Origin: Methanocaldococcus sp. 16A
GTDB lineage: Archaea > AGJL01 > Methanococci > Methanococcales > Methanocaldococcaceae
Length of the DNA: 64,000 bases
Strand: one strand, 5' to 3'
Assembly: GCA_049860595.1 (NCBI GenBank)
Contig: CP187551.1
Shown: positions 29,961-41,312 of the stretch, in pieces
How the letters are laid out: every line of letters begins with the position of its first letter
Position numbering within the stretch: position 1 is the first letter of the stretch
Made by a program: the position numbers and the translations under genes
Notes under the pieces: generated by a model
The model's database searches: none
What the model saw: the letters and a program-made list of their open reading frames with translations, nothing else
Told to the model about the DNA's origin: nothing

Positions 29961-30809
29961 TTAGTATGGAACAGGAAGTCCTAACTCTTTCCTATGTTCG
30001 ATTTCTTTCATATTCTTATCCTTTTTAGTCTTAGCTAATTTCTCAACTAATCCTAATCCTGGTTTAACTTCATCTATTGGTTTAATTTCTAAATAACCAT
30101 CTTCAACCATTTTGTTGAATATCTCTTCTGCTCTTTCAGTTCTTATAAACACTGTGCTCCATCCATCTGGGCTTCCAACTGAACCTGTTGAAATATCTGC
30201 CAATTCTGCTGTATAATCTGTACAGACGTGGCAAGCGATTTGTTCATAAGGATGAGTTTCTTTTAATTTAATTGCTTTTGTTTCACCCCATTTTGTATAA
30301 ACCCAAAACTTACCCTTTCCAATATCCATTTTAACGACATCTTCCATCTTAACTCCACAGTGTTCTTCAACAATTAACTTTAATCCATTGTATGGGAAGT
30401 TCTCCATACAGAAGATTCCAATGATTAAAGCAATTTTATCTGGAACATGCCTAAATCCAACTGGAAACTTCATTAACTTTCTTACAGCCCTAACTTGGCA
30501 TGGAGTCCCTACAACTCCAATTTTTTCACATCCATATTCTCTAACAGCACTCTTTAATACTGATATATTAGGACAGACGGTATATTTTGTTCCTGCTGCT
30601 TCTAAAACCTCTTCTGGTGTTGTAGCTACCTTAGGAACTGCCTTAAATTCTCCAGCATTGTCTGCAACTATAACTCCATCCAACAAATTATTCTCTAAAC
30701 CATAAATAAAAGCTGTTGAAACAATCCCCCCATCCTGTGCTTTCTTTAAAACTTCTTTTAATGTACTTCTTGCTGAAACTACTTTCTTATAAGTTCCAAA
30801 AGGATTCAT
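29961..30809 (-). CDS. fruB: F420-reducing hydrogenase beta subunit
   Basis: [36 protein letters not shown]. Confidence 0.94.
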   Translation of the reverse strand: MNPFGTYKKVVSARSTLKEVLKKAQDGGIVSTAFIYGLENNLLDGVIVADNAGEFKAVPKVATTPEEVLEAAGTKYTVCPNISVLKSAVREYGCEKIGVVGTPCQVRAVRKLMKFPVGFRHVPDKIALIIGIFCMENFPYNGLKLIVEEHCGVKMEDVVKMDIGKGKFWVYTKWGETKAIKLKETHPYEQIACHVCTDYTAELADISTGSVGSPDGWSTVFIRTERAEEIFNKMVEDGYLEIKPIDEVKPGLGLVEKLAKTKKDKNMKEIEHRKELGLPVPY

Positions 30810-30839
30810 CCTATTCCACCTCAAAAAATTATAATTATT

Positions 30840-31523
30840 TTATTCAATCTTCTCAATTAACTCTGGGAATCTAATTCTTGGACACTGAACTGAGCAAGCT
30901 CCACATTTAATACAAAGCTCTTTTAAGATGTTTGGTCTTCCATCTAACATCTCTATAGCTCTTGTTGGACATGCTGAAGCACATGTCCCACAACCCATAC
31001 ATAGGGATTTATTAACCACTTTGTACAATAAATCACATCCACATGCTTCACTTCCTTTTTCTGCTAATTCAGCAAATGGTTGTAAATATTCCATATCTCC
31101 ATTTAATGCAGCTGTTATTACTGAAACTATCGCCTCTGGTGAAGGAGGACAACCTGGAATTGCTAAATCTACTTTAATAACTTCAGTTAATGGAGAGAAT
31201 GAGCTATGAACTGGCTTTGATAATTGGTTTCCTCTACAGTATCTTGTAACTCCACCAGTTGCTGCACAAGCTCCTAAAGCTACAACAATCTTTGCTTTTT
31301 CTCTAACTTCCTTAGCAACTTCCAATGAGTGGTGGTCATCTAAACATACTGAACCTTCAACTAAAGCAATGTCACATTCAGGAATTTCTCTTGCATCTGC
31401 TAAAGTTTGACAATAAACTAACTCAATTGAATTCAAAACATCTAAAAGCTTTTCATAGGTATCTGCTAAAGAAACCAAACAGCCACAACAACTACACAAT
31501 TGGATATGAGCAACTTTAACCAC
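30840..31523 (-). CDS. fruG: F420-reducing hydrogenase gamma (small, Fe-S) subunit
   Basis: CCGC, GACA, PGCPP, two CxxCxxCxxxCP ferredoxin motifs. Confidence 0.94.
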   Translation of the reverse strand: MVKVAHIQLCSCCGCLVSLADTYEKLLDVLNSIELVYCQTLADAREIPECDIALVEGSVCLDDHHSLEVAKEVREKAKIVVALGACAATGGVTRYCRGNQLSKPVHSSFSPLTEVIKVDLAIPGCPPSPEAIVSVITAALNGDMEYLQPFAELAEKGSEACGCDLLYKVVNKSLCMGCGTCASACPTRAIEMLDGRPNILKELCIKCGACSVQCPRIRFPELIEKIE

Positions 31524-31524
31524 T

Positions 31525-32076
31525 TTAATCACCTCTTAACTCTCTAAGAATTATATCCACTGCCTTATCTACTGCTTTTTCAACTTCTTCACTCAATCCA
31601 ATATATACATCAGGTTCAGAGATGTATTTAGCTTGACAACCAACAACTTTAACCTCTATATTGTATTTTTCGGCAACTTCTCTCAATAGAGAAGCTAAAG
31701 GCCATGCATGAGAATCTAATCTATTATATTTTGGATTTGGAAGTTCATCTTTTTCAATTATTTTTATTTCTCCAGGTTTTAGTCCCCAATCAATTACATC
31801 AACGACAATTATCTTTTTTGTTTTTGAGCTTTCATCTATCAATGTTAAAACCTGCTGAGGGGCTCCAGCTCCAGCATCAACTAAAGCTATTTTCTCTTTT
31901 TCTTTTTCAGTTAAGATTTTATTCAATTTTTCAATGACATGAACGCTAAAGCCATCATCAGCAAATAATATATTCCCACAAGCCAATACCATAATTTCTT
32001 TTTTTAGATAGGATGGTGTTAAATCAAACAATTCATCATCATAATCTTTTATTTCAGCTTTCATAGTTTCATTCAT
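31525..32076 (-). CDS. fruD: Hydrogenase maturation protease
   Basis: [19 protein letters not shown]; start may be 32064. Confidence 0.92.
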   Translation of the reverse strand: MNETMKAEIKDYDDELFDLTPSYLKKEIMVLACGNILFADDGFSVHVIEKLNKILTEKEKEKIALVDAGAGAPQQVLTLIDESSKTKKIIVVDVIDWGLKPGEIKIIEKDELPNPKYNRLDSHAWPLASLLREVAEKYNIEVKVVGCQAKYISEPDVYIGLSEEVEKAVDKAVDIILRELRGD

Positions 32077-32121
32077 TTTTATTTTTTTAAGATTTTAATT
32101 TTAAACTCTTTAAGAGAAGAT

Positions 32122-32155
32122 GCCTCTCGGGTCCCTTTCGGGTTCCCCTCGAGGC
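32122..32155 (-). promoter_or_regulatory. Archaeal SECIS element in the fruA 3' UTR
   Basis: GCCUCGAGGG-GAA-CCC-GAAA-GGG-A-CCCGAGAGGC: GAA/A internal loop with three GC pairs, immediately after the true stop. Confidence 0.95.
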
Positions 32156-33385
32156 TTATAACTTTCTTACTTCAATGATATCTTTTGTCTCTTCATCTTT
32201 AACTATTATATGGGTAGCACATGAAGCTCATATGTCATAAGCTCTCATTATAACTTCAGCATACTGCTGAGGATAGCCCTCAATTGCTTTCTCAACAATT
32301 GGGAAGTTCCATGTTGATGCCGCTATAATTCTATAGCTCTTAATTCTTCCATCCTTTCCAACTTCAGCCATGTGTGTGTTTGTAGCTCTTGGAGCTTCAT
32401 GAACTCCAATACCAAATCCATCCTTATATTCAACTTCAGCTCTTGTCTTTCCATTTATATCCAATTCATCTAAAATCTCTAAAGCTCTATAAACAGCTCC
32501 AAGGTTTTCTTGAGCTCTTGCAATATTGATGTCTAAAGCACTACCTCCTGCTCTAAAGTTACCAAATTTAACCATTCTTGCTCTCGGTCCTCCTTCAGCA
32601 GGAACTCCTGCATATAAAGGAATTTGAACTGTTGTTGTCTGTCTTGCCTCTTCATCCTCATAGTATCTTTGAGCAGGTATTTCAGTTACATCATCCCAGT
32701 TTATAGCATATCTGTCTCCATAAGTGGTATGTGTAGCTATATATGGATATTCATGAGCCCCTAAGTCAGGTATTCCTACTTCCTCTAAGTATCTTTCAAT
32801 TAATTCAGTGTATTTCTCATATAATTCATAAGCGTCTTTCTCATACTGCCTTAAAGCATAATATAGCTTTGATTTAGCTCTCTCTGTTATGTTTGTTCTC
32901 ATTCCACCAATTACAATGTTTGGTGGGTGAATTCCCTCTCCTCCCACAATATCCACAACTAATTGTCCTACTTTTCTCATTCTCTGAATTAATTTTATTA
33001 ATTCAATCTTTTTCTCTGCTTCATCTGGCTTTAAGAAATCATCAATTGTTAATAAATGATGCAATGGGTGAGAGTGTAATCTATTTCCAATTCCTACCAA
33101 TTCCCTCAACAATAATCCATCATCTGGAATTTCACACTCAATTGCATTTTCTATAGCTTCACAAGAAGCAATTCCGTGGGTAGTTTGACAGATTCCACAG
33201 ATTCTCATGACAGCAATTGGAGCAAACTCTGCTGGCTTGCCCTTTAACATTGTTTCAAATCCTCTAACTGGGGTTGTGTTTAAGTAGTATGCTTTATTTA
33301 CAATCCCTTCTTCATCAACCTCTAAAATCAATTTAGCATGTCCCTCATGTCTTGTTGTAGGAGCAATTTCTATTCTATTAGTCAC
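32156..33385 (-). CDS. fruA: F420-reducing [NiFeSe] hydrogenase large subunit, selenoprotein (UGA at 32228-32230 = Sec)
   Basis: RICGIC; C-terminal RAYDI-U-ASCATH...RKL-TAA; GTG start after GGAGGTG. Confidence 0.96.
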
Positions 33386-33889
33386 AAAATTCACCTCCAA
33401 AGTAATAACGCATTAAAATGACTTATTTACTAAATCAACTATCATTAAGTTGTTTTATATAAGCCTATATAAGCTAATATCTCTTTAAAAATATCAATAT
33501 AGGTATTTAATTTTTTAAATATGTTAAGAATGAGTTTTTTTTATTATTATTAGAACAAAATATCTTGGTTAGGTATTAACATCTAAGATTGTTATGATGC
33601 GTATTTTCAAAGCTAATTTTTAACCACTATTTTCCACATACATTTTTCACCTTTAAATGTGTGATTATATCATTCACACTTTAATGTTGTTAAACTGATG
33701 ATATATTAAGCTTACTAATATGTGCATAAATTACGCACACTTTAGATTCTTCATAATTATTTTTCCAAATATATTTAAATAAGTACAATCATATATTTAT
33801 TAATTTTAATTTATTTTAAAAAACACTAATTATGCAGACAGCAAATAAAAAATAATATTTAAATAAATGTAATGTCAAAATATTTATTC

Positions 33890-33948
33890 GGCAGATGATG
33901 ACGTTTATCCCCGTCTGAGTTGTGATGAGTAGCAAGCCGGCTGATGCC
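33890..33948 (+). ncRNA. C/D box methylation-guide sRNA
   Basis: GGCA/TGCC stem; ATGATGA-CGTTTATCCCCGT-CTGA...GTGATGA-GTAGCAAGCCGG-CTGA. Confidence 0.92.
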
Positions 33949-35352
33949 ACTTAAAACTGTTTAATTATCTATAGATAAAGATAGACATTTATAGGCAAAC
34001 TTCAGAAAAAATTTTTAATATACGATGGGTAATATAGCAATCTAAAAACCGAATGAACGATTACCATGTCAAACGAAGCAAAATCAAAAAACAACCAAGA
34101 ATTGTCCTATCAAATTGTTCTATCTTACAAGATTAGTCATTACTATCCACTTAAAACTTTTTTAACCGAATGCAAAGACAAACTAAACGAATGCATAGAC
34201 ATAATTTGGAATAATATTGAATGGACTAAAAAAGAACGACCAAAACTACCAAAATCAAACGAATTTAAGAGGAATTTAAGAAACAAACTGTTAAAAAATT
34301 GGAATTATGCCTCTCATTATATCGATGGGATTATTAAAACCGCTTATTCTATCCTAAATAGTTGGGCTTCGAACTATAAAAAGGGTTATAGAACGAAATC
34401 AAAACCGATAGTTAAAAGACCATTCGTTAGAGTAAAAACAACACTAATAAAATACAATAAAGATAAAGGAGAAATAAGAATAACAATAAAACCAAGAAAA
34501 GAATATTTAATTTTAAACATTAAAGATGAATGGTTTTTCGATAAAGTTAAGGATTTACCCATAGGAGAAATTATTCTAAAAGAAAATGAGGCATTCTTAA
34601 CCTTCAAAGATGCTCTAAACTATTCAGACAAAGATATAATCGTTGGAGTGGATAGCAACTTAAAGTCGTTGGATTTATATCATCCAACAGAGGGCTGGAT
34701 TAGGATTGACATATCTGAATTGCATAGAATTAAAGAGGTTTATGATAGAAAAATCGATTTTCTTAAAAAGTTGATTAAAAAGTGTCCTTTGAGAGCCATG
34801 AGAAAGATAAAAAGATTATTCGAAAGAAGAAGAAATAGAGTTAATGACTTTTTACATAAACTAACTACTCAACTATCCCGATTATTCTCTAATGTAGTTT
34901 TTGTTTTTGAAGATTTGAATAAAAGAAAAATGTATAAGCATAAAACTTTCAATCGAAAGTTGGATAGGGCAAATTGGAGTGAAATAATACAAAAAATTGG
35001 CTATAAGGCGATAACTATTTTAGTTAATCCTGCCTATACCTCAACAACCTGTCCTATATGCGGGAGTAAAATGGAGTCCCAAGAAGGACAGGTTGTTTTT
35101 TGCTCTAATTGTAAGAACTCTTTTAATCGCCAATTAGTTGGTTGTTTTAATATCTTTAAAAGAGGTTTAGGTAAAGTTAAAGATATTATGGGTGGCTTTG
35201 GGGTTACCACGACAGGGGCAGAGGTTTCCATTTGGAAACTGATGACGCCCAATTCCAACGTGGCATATAAAGTTGATTATAATGGAAAATACCTAATTAA
35301 AATTTTCTGAATGTCTATAATTGCCTATAAATGACCACGTTGAGAGAACCCC
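33949..35352 (+). mobile_element. Non-autonomous IS607-like element 2 (tnpB only)
   Basis: CC at both junctions (33947-48, 35351-52); ATAG(A/G)CA-like repeats near both ends in inverted orientation; left end homologous to element 1. Confidence 0.78.
34066..35310 (+). CDS. tnpB: TnpB-family RNA-guided endonuclease homolog (atypical RuvC-III)
   Basis: VGVDSNLKSLD, FEDL, TSTTCPICG...CSNC, RQLVGCFNI. Confidence 0.92.
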   Translation: MSNEAKSKNNQELSYQIVLSYKISHYYPLKTFLTECKDKLNECIDIIWNNIEWTKKERPKLPKSNEFKRNLRNKLLKNWNYASHYIDGIIKTAYSILNSWASNYKKGYRTKSKPIVKRPFVRVKTTLIKYNKDKGEIRITIKPRKEYLILNIKDEWFFDKVKDLPIGEIILKENEAFLTFKDALNYSDKDIIVGVDSNLKSLDLYHPTEGWIRIDISELHRIKEVYDRKIDFLKKLIKKCPLRAMRKIKRLFERRRNRVNDFLHKLTTQLSRLFSNVVFVFEDLNKRKMYKHKTFNRKLDRANWSEIIQKIGYKAITILVNPAYTSTTCPICGSKMESQEGQVVFCSNCKNSFNRQLVGCFNIFKRGLGKVKDIMGGFGVTTTGAEVSIWKLMTPNSNVAYKVDYNGKYLIKIF

Positions 35353-35372
35353 ACTTTTCTTTTTTAGAGAGG
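35199..35372 (+). ncRNA. Predicted omega-RNA of TnpB copy 2 (scaffold ~35199-35352 plus guide)
   Basis: UGGGGUU/AACCCCA closing stem, CAACGUGG/CCACGUUG stem, K-turn hairpin. Confidence 0.7.
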
Positions 35373-35379
35373 GATAATT

Positions 35380-36729
35380 ATGAAAAAGTTTTTTCTATTA
35401 TCAATTTTGATTCTAACAGTATTCTCTGGTTGTATAAACGACAATGAAAATGATTTATATAAAAATGATATATCATCAATAGTTTTGAACATAAATGAGA
35501 ATAAAGATAATTATATTTTAACGATTTATTTTGTTGGCGAAAATTCAAGTTTTATCAAAAAGAAAGGAATTTTAAAAGTTGGTATTTATGATGATAAAAA
35601 TAATCAATTATACTATAAAGAGATATTCATAGATTTGGATGAATTTAAAAATCTATCTTATGGTGATGGAATTTTACTAACAATAGTAAAAAATGAAATT
35701 AATAGAAGTTCATCGGTTATTGGAAGGATATCTATAGATTTCACCTATGATAATGGAAAAACTATATGGATTGATACACCTATATCTTTATCTCATCTAT
35801 CAAATGAAAAAGAAAATATAAATTCGCAAACTTCTACAGATGTTTGTTATATGACATACACATGGGAATATAAAGGAAAAATTCATTATTTAAATTTATA
35901 CATTCCAAAATACCTCTATGATTATTACAAATCCAAAAAAAGAGAGTATATTGAAGATTATTCATATTATATTTTAGACCCCTATGATGATTGGTATTTA
36001 AATAGAATTATCCAAAAAATAGACGAAATTTGCAAGGAAAATAATTACAATGAGAGAGATAGAATAAATTTAGTAATTTCCTTTGTTCAGCAACTACCTT
36101 ATACCTCTGATAAAATTTCAACTGGCTATGATGAGTATCCAAGATATCCAATAGAAACATTAGTGGATTATGGAGGAGATTGTGAAGATACATCAATATT
36201 AACAGCAGCTTTATTAAAACAAATGGGTTATGATGTAGCTTTAATTAGATTTCCAAGGCATATGGGTGTTGGTATATATTTAGATGATGGTTATGGATAT
36301 TATTTTGAATATAATGGGAAAAAATACTTTTATATAGAAACAACAAATACTGGATGGAAAATTGGAGAGCTTCCAGATGAATTAAAAAACGAAAAAGCTG
36401 AAATATATTTAATAACTGAAAAACCTATTTATTTATGGGATTGGAAAGGTTATTTATATAATGGCTATGCTGAGATAACAGTTAATATAAAAAATGCAGG
36501 TAATTTAGAGGGAAGAGTTAAAGTTTATTGTGCATTTGATGCGGGTAATGGATACGTATATAACCCAAAAGAATCTTCCATATTAACAATAAAACCAGGA
36601 GAAGAGAAAGTTGTAAAGTTAAAGCTTAATGTTCCCAATAATAAAAAAACAAGGTTAATAGTTGGGTTATTAGATGCAAACACAGATAAATTGATAGATG
36701 TTAAATACTCTGCTGAATTCAAAACTTAG
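35380..36729 (+). CDS. Lipoprotein with transglutaminase-like cysteine-protease domain and C-terminal Ig/CARDB-like domain
   Basis: Lipobox VFSGC; YPIETL..GGDCEDTS, HMGVG, YIETT. Confidence 0.82.
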   Translation: MKKFFLLSILILTVFSGCINDNENDLYKNDISSIVLNINENKDNYILTIYFVGENSSFIKKKGILKVGIYDDKNNQLYYKEIFIDLDEFKNLSYGDGILLTIVKNEINRSSSVIGRISIDFTYDNGKTIWIDTPISLSHLSNEKENINSQTSTDVCYMTYTWEYKGKIHYLNLYIPKYLYDYYKSKKREYIEDYSYYILDPYDDWYLNRIIQKIDEICKENNYNERDRINLVISFVQQLPYTSDKISTGYDEYPRYPIETLVDYGGDCEDTSILTAALLKQMGYDVALIRFPRHMGVGIYLDDGYGYYFEYNGKKYFYIETTNTGWKIGELPDELKNEKAEIYLITEKPIYLWDWKGYLYNGYAEITVNIKNAGNLEGRVKVYCAFDAGNGYVYNPKESSILTIKPGEEKVVKLKLNVPNNKKTRLIVGLLDANTDKLIDVKYSAEFKT

Positions 36730-36826
36730 TGTTTTTCAAAACATTTTAGAATGAATAAGGAAGTTTGAGAATCACTTATGCTCATAACATGCCTTCTTAA
36801 TTTTTGTTAATTTTGAAAAACACTAA
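36726..36826. repeat. Palindromic MITE-like repeat, family B
   Basis: Perfect 16-bp TIR TTAGTGTTTTTCAAAA/TTTTGAAAAACACTAA. Confidence 0.78.
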
Positions 36827-36841
36827 TAAAGAGGCTAAAAA

Positions 36842-37772
36842 ATGGATGAAGTAAAAGTAATTGAAATAATCAAAAAAATTCTAAAATTTTCTAATGAATA
36901 TATAGTAAAAGGCATTGATGATGACTGTGCAGTTATAAAACTTAATGACAATTTTTATTTAGTTGCTACAACAGATATGATGGTTAAAAAAGCCCATATT
37001 CCTTCTATATTAACTCCTTACGAAATTGGAGGAAGAATTTTAACTGCAAATGTTTCAGATATTGCATCCATGGGAGCTAAGCCATTGGCATTTCTATTAT
37101 CTATATCTTTATCTAAGGAAGAAGCAAATGAGAAGTTTATTAAAGAGCTTTATTCTGGATTAGATGATTTTTCTAAGCTTTATGACTGTCCAGTAGTTGG
37201 TGGAGATACAAATAGAGGAGATGAATTAATATTATCAGGAACAGCCTTTGGAATAACTGACAATCCAATTTATAGGAAGGGAGAAGTTGGAGATGATATT
37301 TGTGTAACTAATGATTTAGGTAGGGTTTATTGTGCCTTAACTCTATATTATATGCTTAAAGATAACAAAATTAGCCATAATGAGTTTGAAAAACTTTGCC
37401 AAAAATATCCAAAGATTATTGAAAAATTAAGAAAACCTATTGCAAGGGTTAATGAAGGGTTATTAATAAATAAACTCATAAATGGTTGCTGCGACATATC
37501 TGACGGTTTAGGAAAAGAAATTACTTATTTCAAAAATTTTGAGATATACAGTGATAAAATTTTTAAGCTTATTCCAGAAGATGTCATTGAATTTTGTGAA
37601 GAATTCAACCTAAATCCAATAAAAGTTGCTCTAAATAGTGGAGAGGAATTTGAGCTTTTATTTACAACATCTAAATTTAATAAAGTGAAAAATTCACTAA
37701 AAGGCTATTCAAAGATTTATAAAATTGGTAAAATTATAGAAGAAGGGCAGTTTATTGATGGAGAGGAATTTT

Positions 37773-37801
<29 letters not shown>
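36842..37801 (+). CDS. thiL: Thiamine-monophosphate kinase
   Basis: GIDDDCA, NVSDIASMGA, VGGDTN, DISDGL, GEEFEL. Confidence 0.95.
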
Positions 37802-39079
<1,278 letters not shown>

Positions 39080-39116
39080 AGAAAGTTGATGCAATGATAA
39101 TTAACTATATATAACT

Positions 39117-39158
39117 TATATTTTAACTTATATTTATTATATTTTAACTTATATTTAT
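39117..39158. repeat. Perfect 21-bp tandem repeat TATATTTTAACTTATATTTAT x2 (plus partial copy at 39112)
   Basis: Read directly from the sequence. Confidence 0.85.
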
Positions 39159-39439
39159 ATATAATTAAATGCTCATTAGTTTTTTGGGTTTTTTGGTTTT
39201 CTTGGAGCAACCATAATTTCACCCCCGTAGGTTCTAATATACAATGAATTCGTGGGGTATATAAAGAAATATTCAAAAAATTCAACGTCCCTTTTTGAAG
39301 TTTATTTTAAAAAGGAGTTTGCATATAAATAATATATAACAAAAGATAAGAACATATAAATAAAGTAATGTATGGAAATTTATAATACTATATTTATTCT
39401 CAATTTGCAGATAATCTCTTTAAAAAGAGTGTGAGTAGA

Positions 39440-39847
39440 ATGCCAAAAAAAGTCCATGATAAATTAAAAATAATGGAAGATATCATAACTCTTGGTAAAA
39501 AAGGAGAAGAACTAACGATATATAACATCACAAAGAAACTCAATCAAAATATTAAAAATCTAAAATGGACTGATATGGAAAAGCATTATATCAAAGAACA
39601 AACTATAAGTGATGCAATAAACGAACTAAAAAAATTGAATTGTTTAGAGATTAAGTCCATTGAAAAAACAAAAACAGGGAAAGAAAAAAAGATTTATAAA
39701 CTAACAGAAAATTCTGAAAAGATTTTTGATATTTACAAAAGAAATTATTCAAAAATACATAAAATTTTAAAAATTATGAAGTCTGATAATATTTCTGATG
39801 AAGAATTAGACACTATTATTTTTATATTAAAAAGATTGTTAAGGTGA
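39440..39847 (+). CDS. PadR-like winged-helix DNA-binding protein
   Basis: [10 protein letters not shown]...[15 protein letters not shown]...[13 protein letters not shown] pattern. Confidence 0.7.
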   Translation: MPKKVHDKLKIMEDIITLGKKGEELTIYNITKKLNQNIKNLKWTDMEKHYIKEQTISDAINELKKLNCLEIKSIEKTKTGKEKKIYKLTENSEKIFDIYKRNYSKIHKILKIMKSDNISDEELDTIIFILKRLLR

Positions 39848-39851
39848 TGTT

Positions 39852-40874
39852 TTGAGTAATGATGTAATTGTTATTGATGGAAGTTATTTAGAAGGAGGAG
39901 GGCAGATTATAAGAACCTCTATTGCATTGTCAGCTTTAACAAAAAAACCAGTAAAAATTATTAATATAAGGAAAAAAAGAAAAAATAAAGGTTTAGCTCC
40001 TCAACATGTTGCTGCAGTTAAGGCAGTTAAAAAACTTTGTAATGCTGAAGTTTATGGGCTAAATGTTGGTTCAGAAGAATTAACTTTTATACCTTCAAAA
40101 TTAGCTCCAAAAGATTTTACAATTGATATTGGAACCGCTGGAAGTATATCTTTAATTATTCAAACTCTTCTTCCTTTATCATTAGGAATTAACAAAAAAT
40201 TTACAGTTAAAATAAGAGGAGGGACTGACGTTAAGAGAGCACCTCCAATTGATTATATAAAAAATGTAACCTTAAAAATTCTTAGAGATTTTGGAGTATT
40301 GACAGAGTTAAAAGTTTTGAAGAGAGGATTTTATCCAGAAGGAGGGGGAGAGGTTATTTTTGAAGTTAAACCATCAAAAGTTAAAAAATTTGATTTAATA
40401 GAGCATTCTAAAAGTAATTTAGTTGAAGGACTTGCTTATGTGCAAAATTTAGATGAAAATATAGCAAGAAGAATGAGAAAAAAGGCTGTGGATTTGTTAA
40501 ACAAAGAAAAACTTCATCCCAATATAAAAATAGAATGTTCAAAAGGTTTTTCTACTGGAGCAGGGATAGTTTTATGGAACGATACTTTAGGAAGTAGTTG
40601 CTTAGGAGAGAAAGGTCTAAGAGCTGAGATTGTTGCTGAAAGAGCTGTTAATGAGTTATTAAAAGAGAGAGAATGTGGAATGGCTTTAGATAAATATATG
40701 GGAGACCAAATAATTCCATTCTTAGCTTTTGGTAAGGGAATAGTTGGAGTTTCTACCATAACAAATCACACAAAAACGAACATTTGGACTGTTAAACACT
40801 TTGTAGATGTAGATTTTGAGATTAAAGAGTATAAAGAAAATAACTGCAATGGCTTTGTTATAGAGGTGGTTTAA
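39852..40874 (+). CDS. rtcA: RNA 3'-terminal phosphate cyclase
   Basis: [33 protein letters not shown]. Confidence 0.96.
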   Translation: MSNDVIVIDGSYLEGGGQIIRTSIALSALTKKPVKIINIRKKRKNKGLAPQHVAAVKAVKKLCNAEVYGLNVGSEELTFIPSKLAPKDFTIDIGTAGSISLIIQTLLPLSLGINKKFTVKIRGGTDVKRAPPIDYIKNVTLKILRDFGVLTELKVLKRGFYPEGGGEVIFEVKPSKVKKFDLIEHSKSNLVEGLAYVQNLDENIARRMRKKAVDLLNKEKLHPNIKIECSKGFSTGAGIVLWNDTLGSSCLGEKGLRAEIVAERAVNELLKERECGMALDKYMGDQIIPFLAFGKGIVGVSTITNHTKTNIWTVKHFVDVDFEIKEYKENNCNGFVIEVV

Positions 40875-41291
40875 ATGTTTGATTATTTTGAAACTACTGC
40901 TGATTTGGGAGTTATTGCAAAAGGAAAGACCTTAAAAGAAGCTTTTAAAGAAGGAGCTAAAGGACTTTATAATATTATGGTAGATATTGATAAAGTTGAT
41001 AAAAAAGAAAAAATAGAGTTTGAAATAACTGGGGAAGACTTAGAAGAGCTGTTATATAATTTTCTAAATGAATTACTTTTTTATACTGATGTTGAAGGCT
41101 TAGTTTTTAATGACTTTGATATAAAAATTGAAAAAAATGATAAATATAGATTAAAATGCACTGCTTATGGAGAAAAGATAAATAAAGAAAAACACAATAT
41201 AAAAGAAGAAGTTAAAGCAGTAACCTACCACAAAATGGAAATTAAACAGGAAGATGATGGATGGAACATTAGATTTATAGTAGATTTATAA
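40875..41291 (+). CDS. Archease
   Basis: [21 protein letters not shown]. Confidence 0.95.
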   Translation: MFDYFETTADLGVIAKGKTLKEAFKEGAKGLYNIMVDIDKVDKKEKIEFEITGEDLEELLYNFLNELLFYTDVEGLVFNDFDIKIEKNDKYRLKCTAYGEKINKEKHNIKEEVKAVTYHKMEIKQEDDGWNIRFIVDL

Positions 41292-41312
41292 ATTAAAATA
41301 AAAAAATATTAA

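Noticed and set aside
32228-32230. Premature stop suggesting a fruA pseudogene
   Set aside because: The UGA is at the Sec position of the Ni-binding motif and a SECIS follows the real stop.
33620-33652. SD (AAGGTGA) plus ATG giving MYVENSG-stop upstream of fruA
   Set aside because: Only 7 codons, ~235 bp from fruA and probably upstream of its promoter; cannot be told from chance or a decayed gene.
33947-35356. CCACTT at both ends of element 2 as a 6-bp target-site duplication
   Set aside because: Element 1 shares only the GG/CC dinucleotide, which fits IS607-type insertion without duplication; the extra ACTT is probably coincidental.
39112-39158. Possible CRISPR array or replication origin
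   Set aside because: The repeats are contiguous with no spacers or cas genes; no recognisable ORB or cdc6 gene is nearby. No CRISPR array was seen anywhere in the window.
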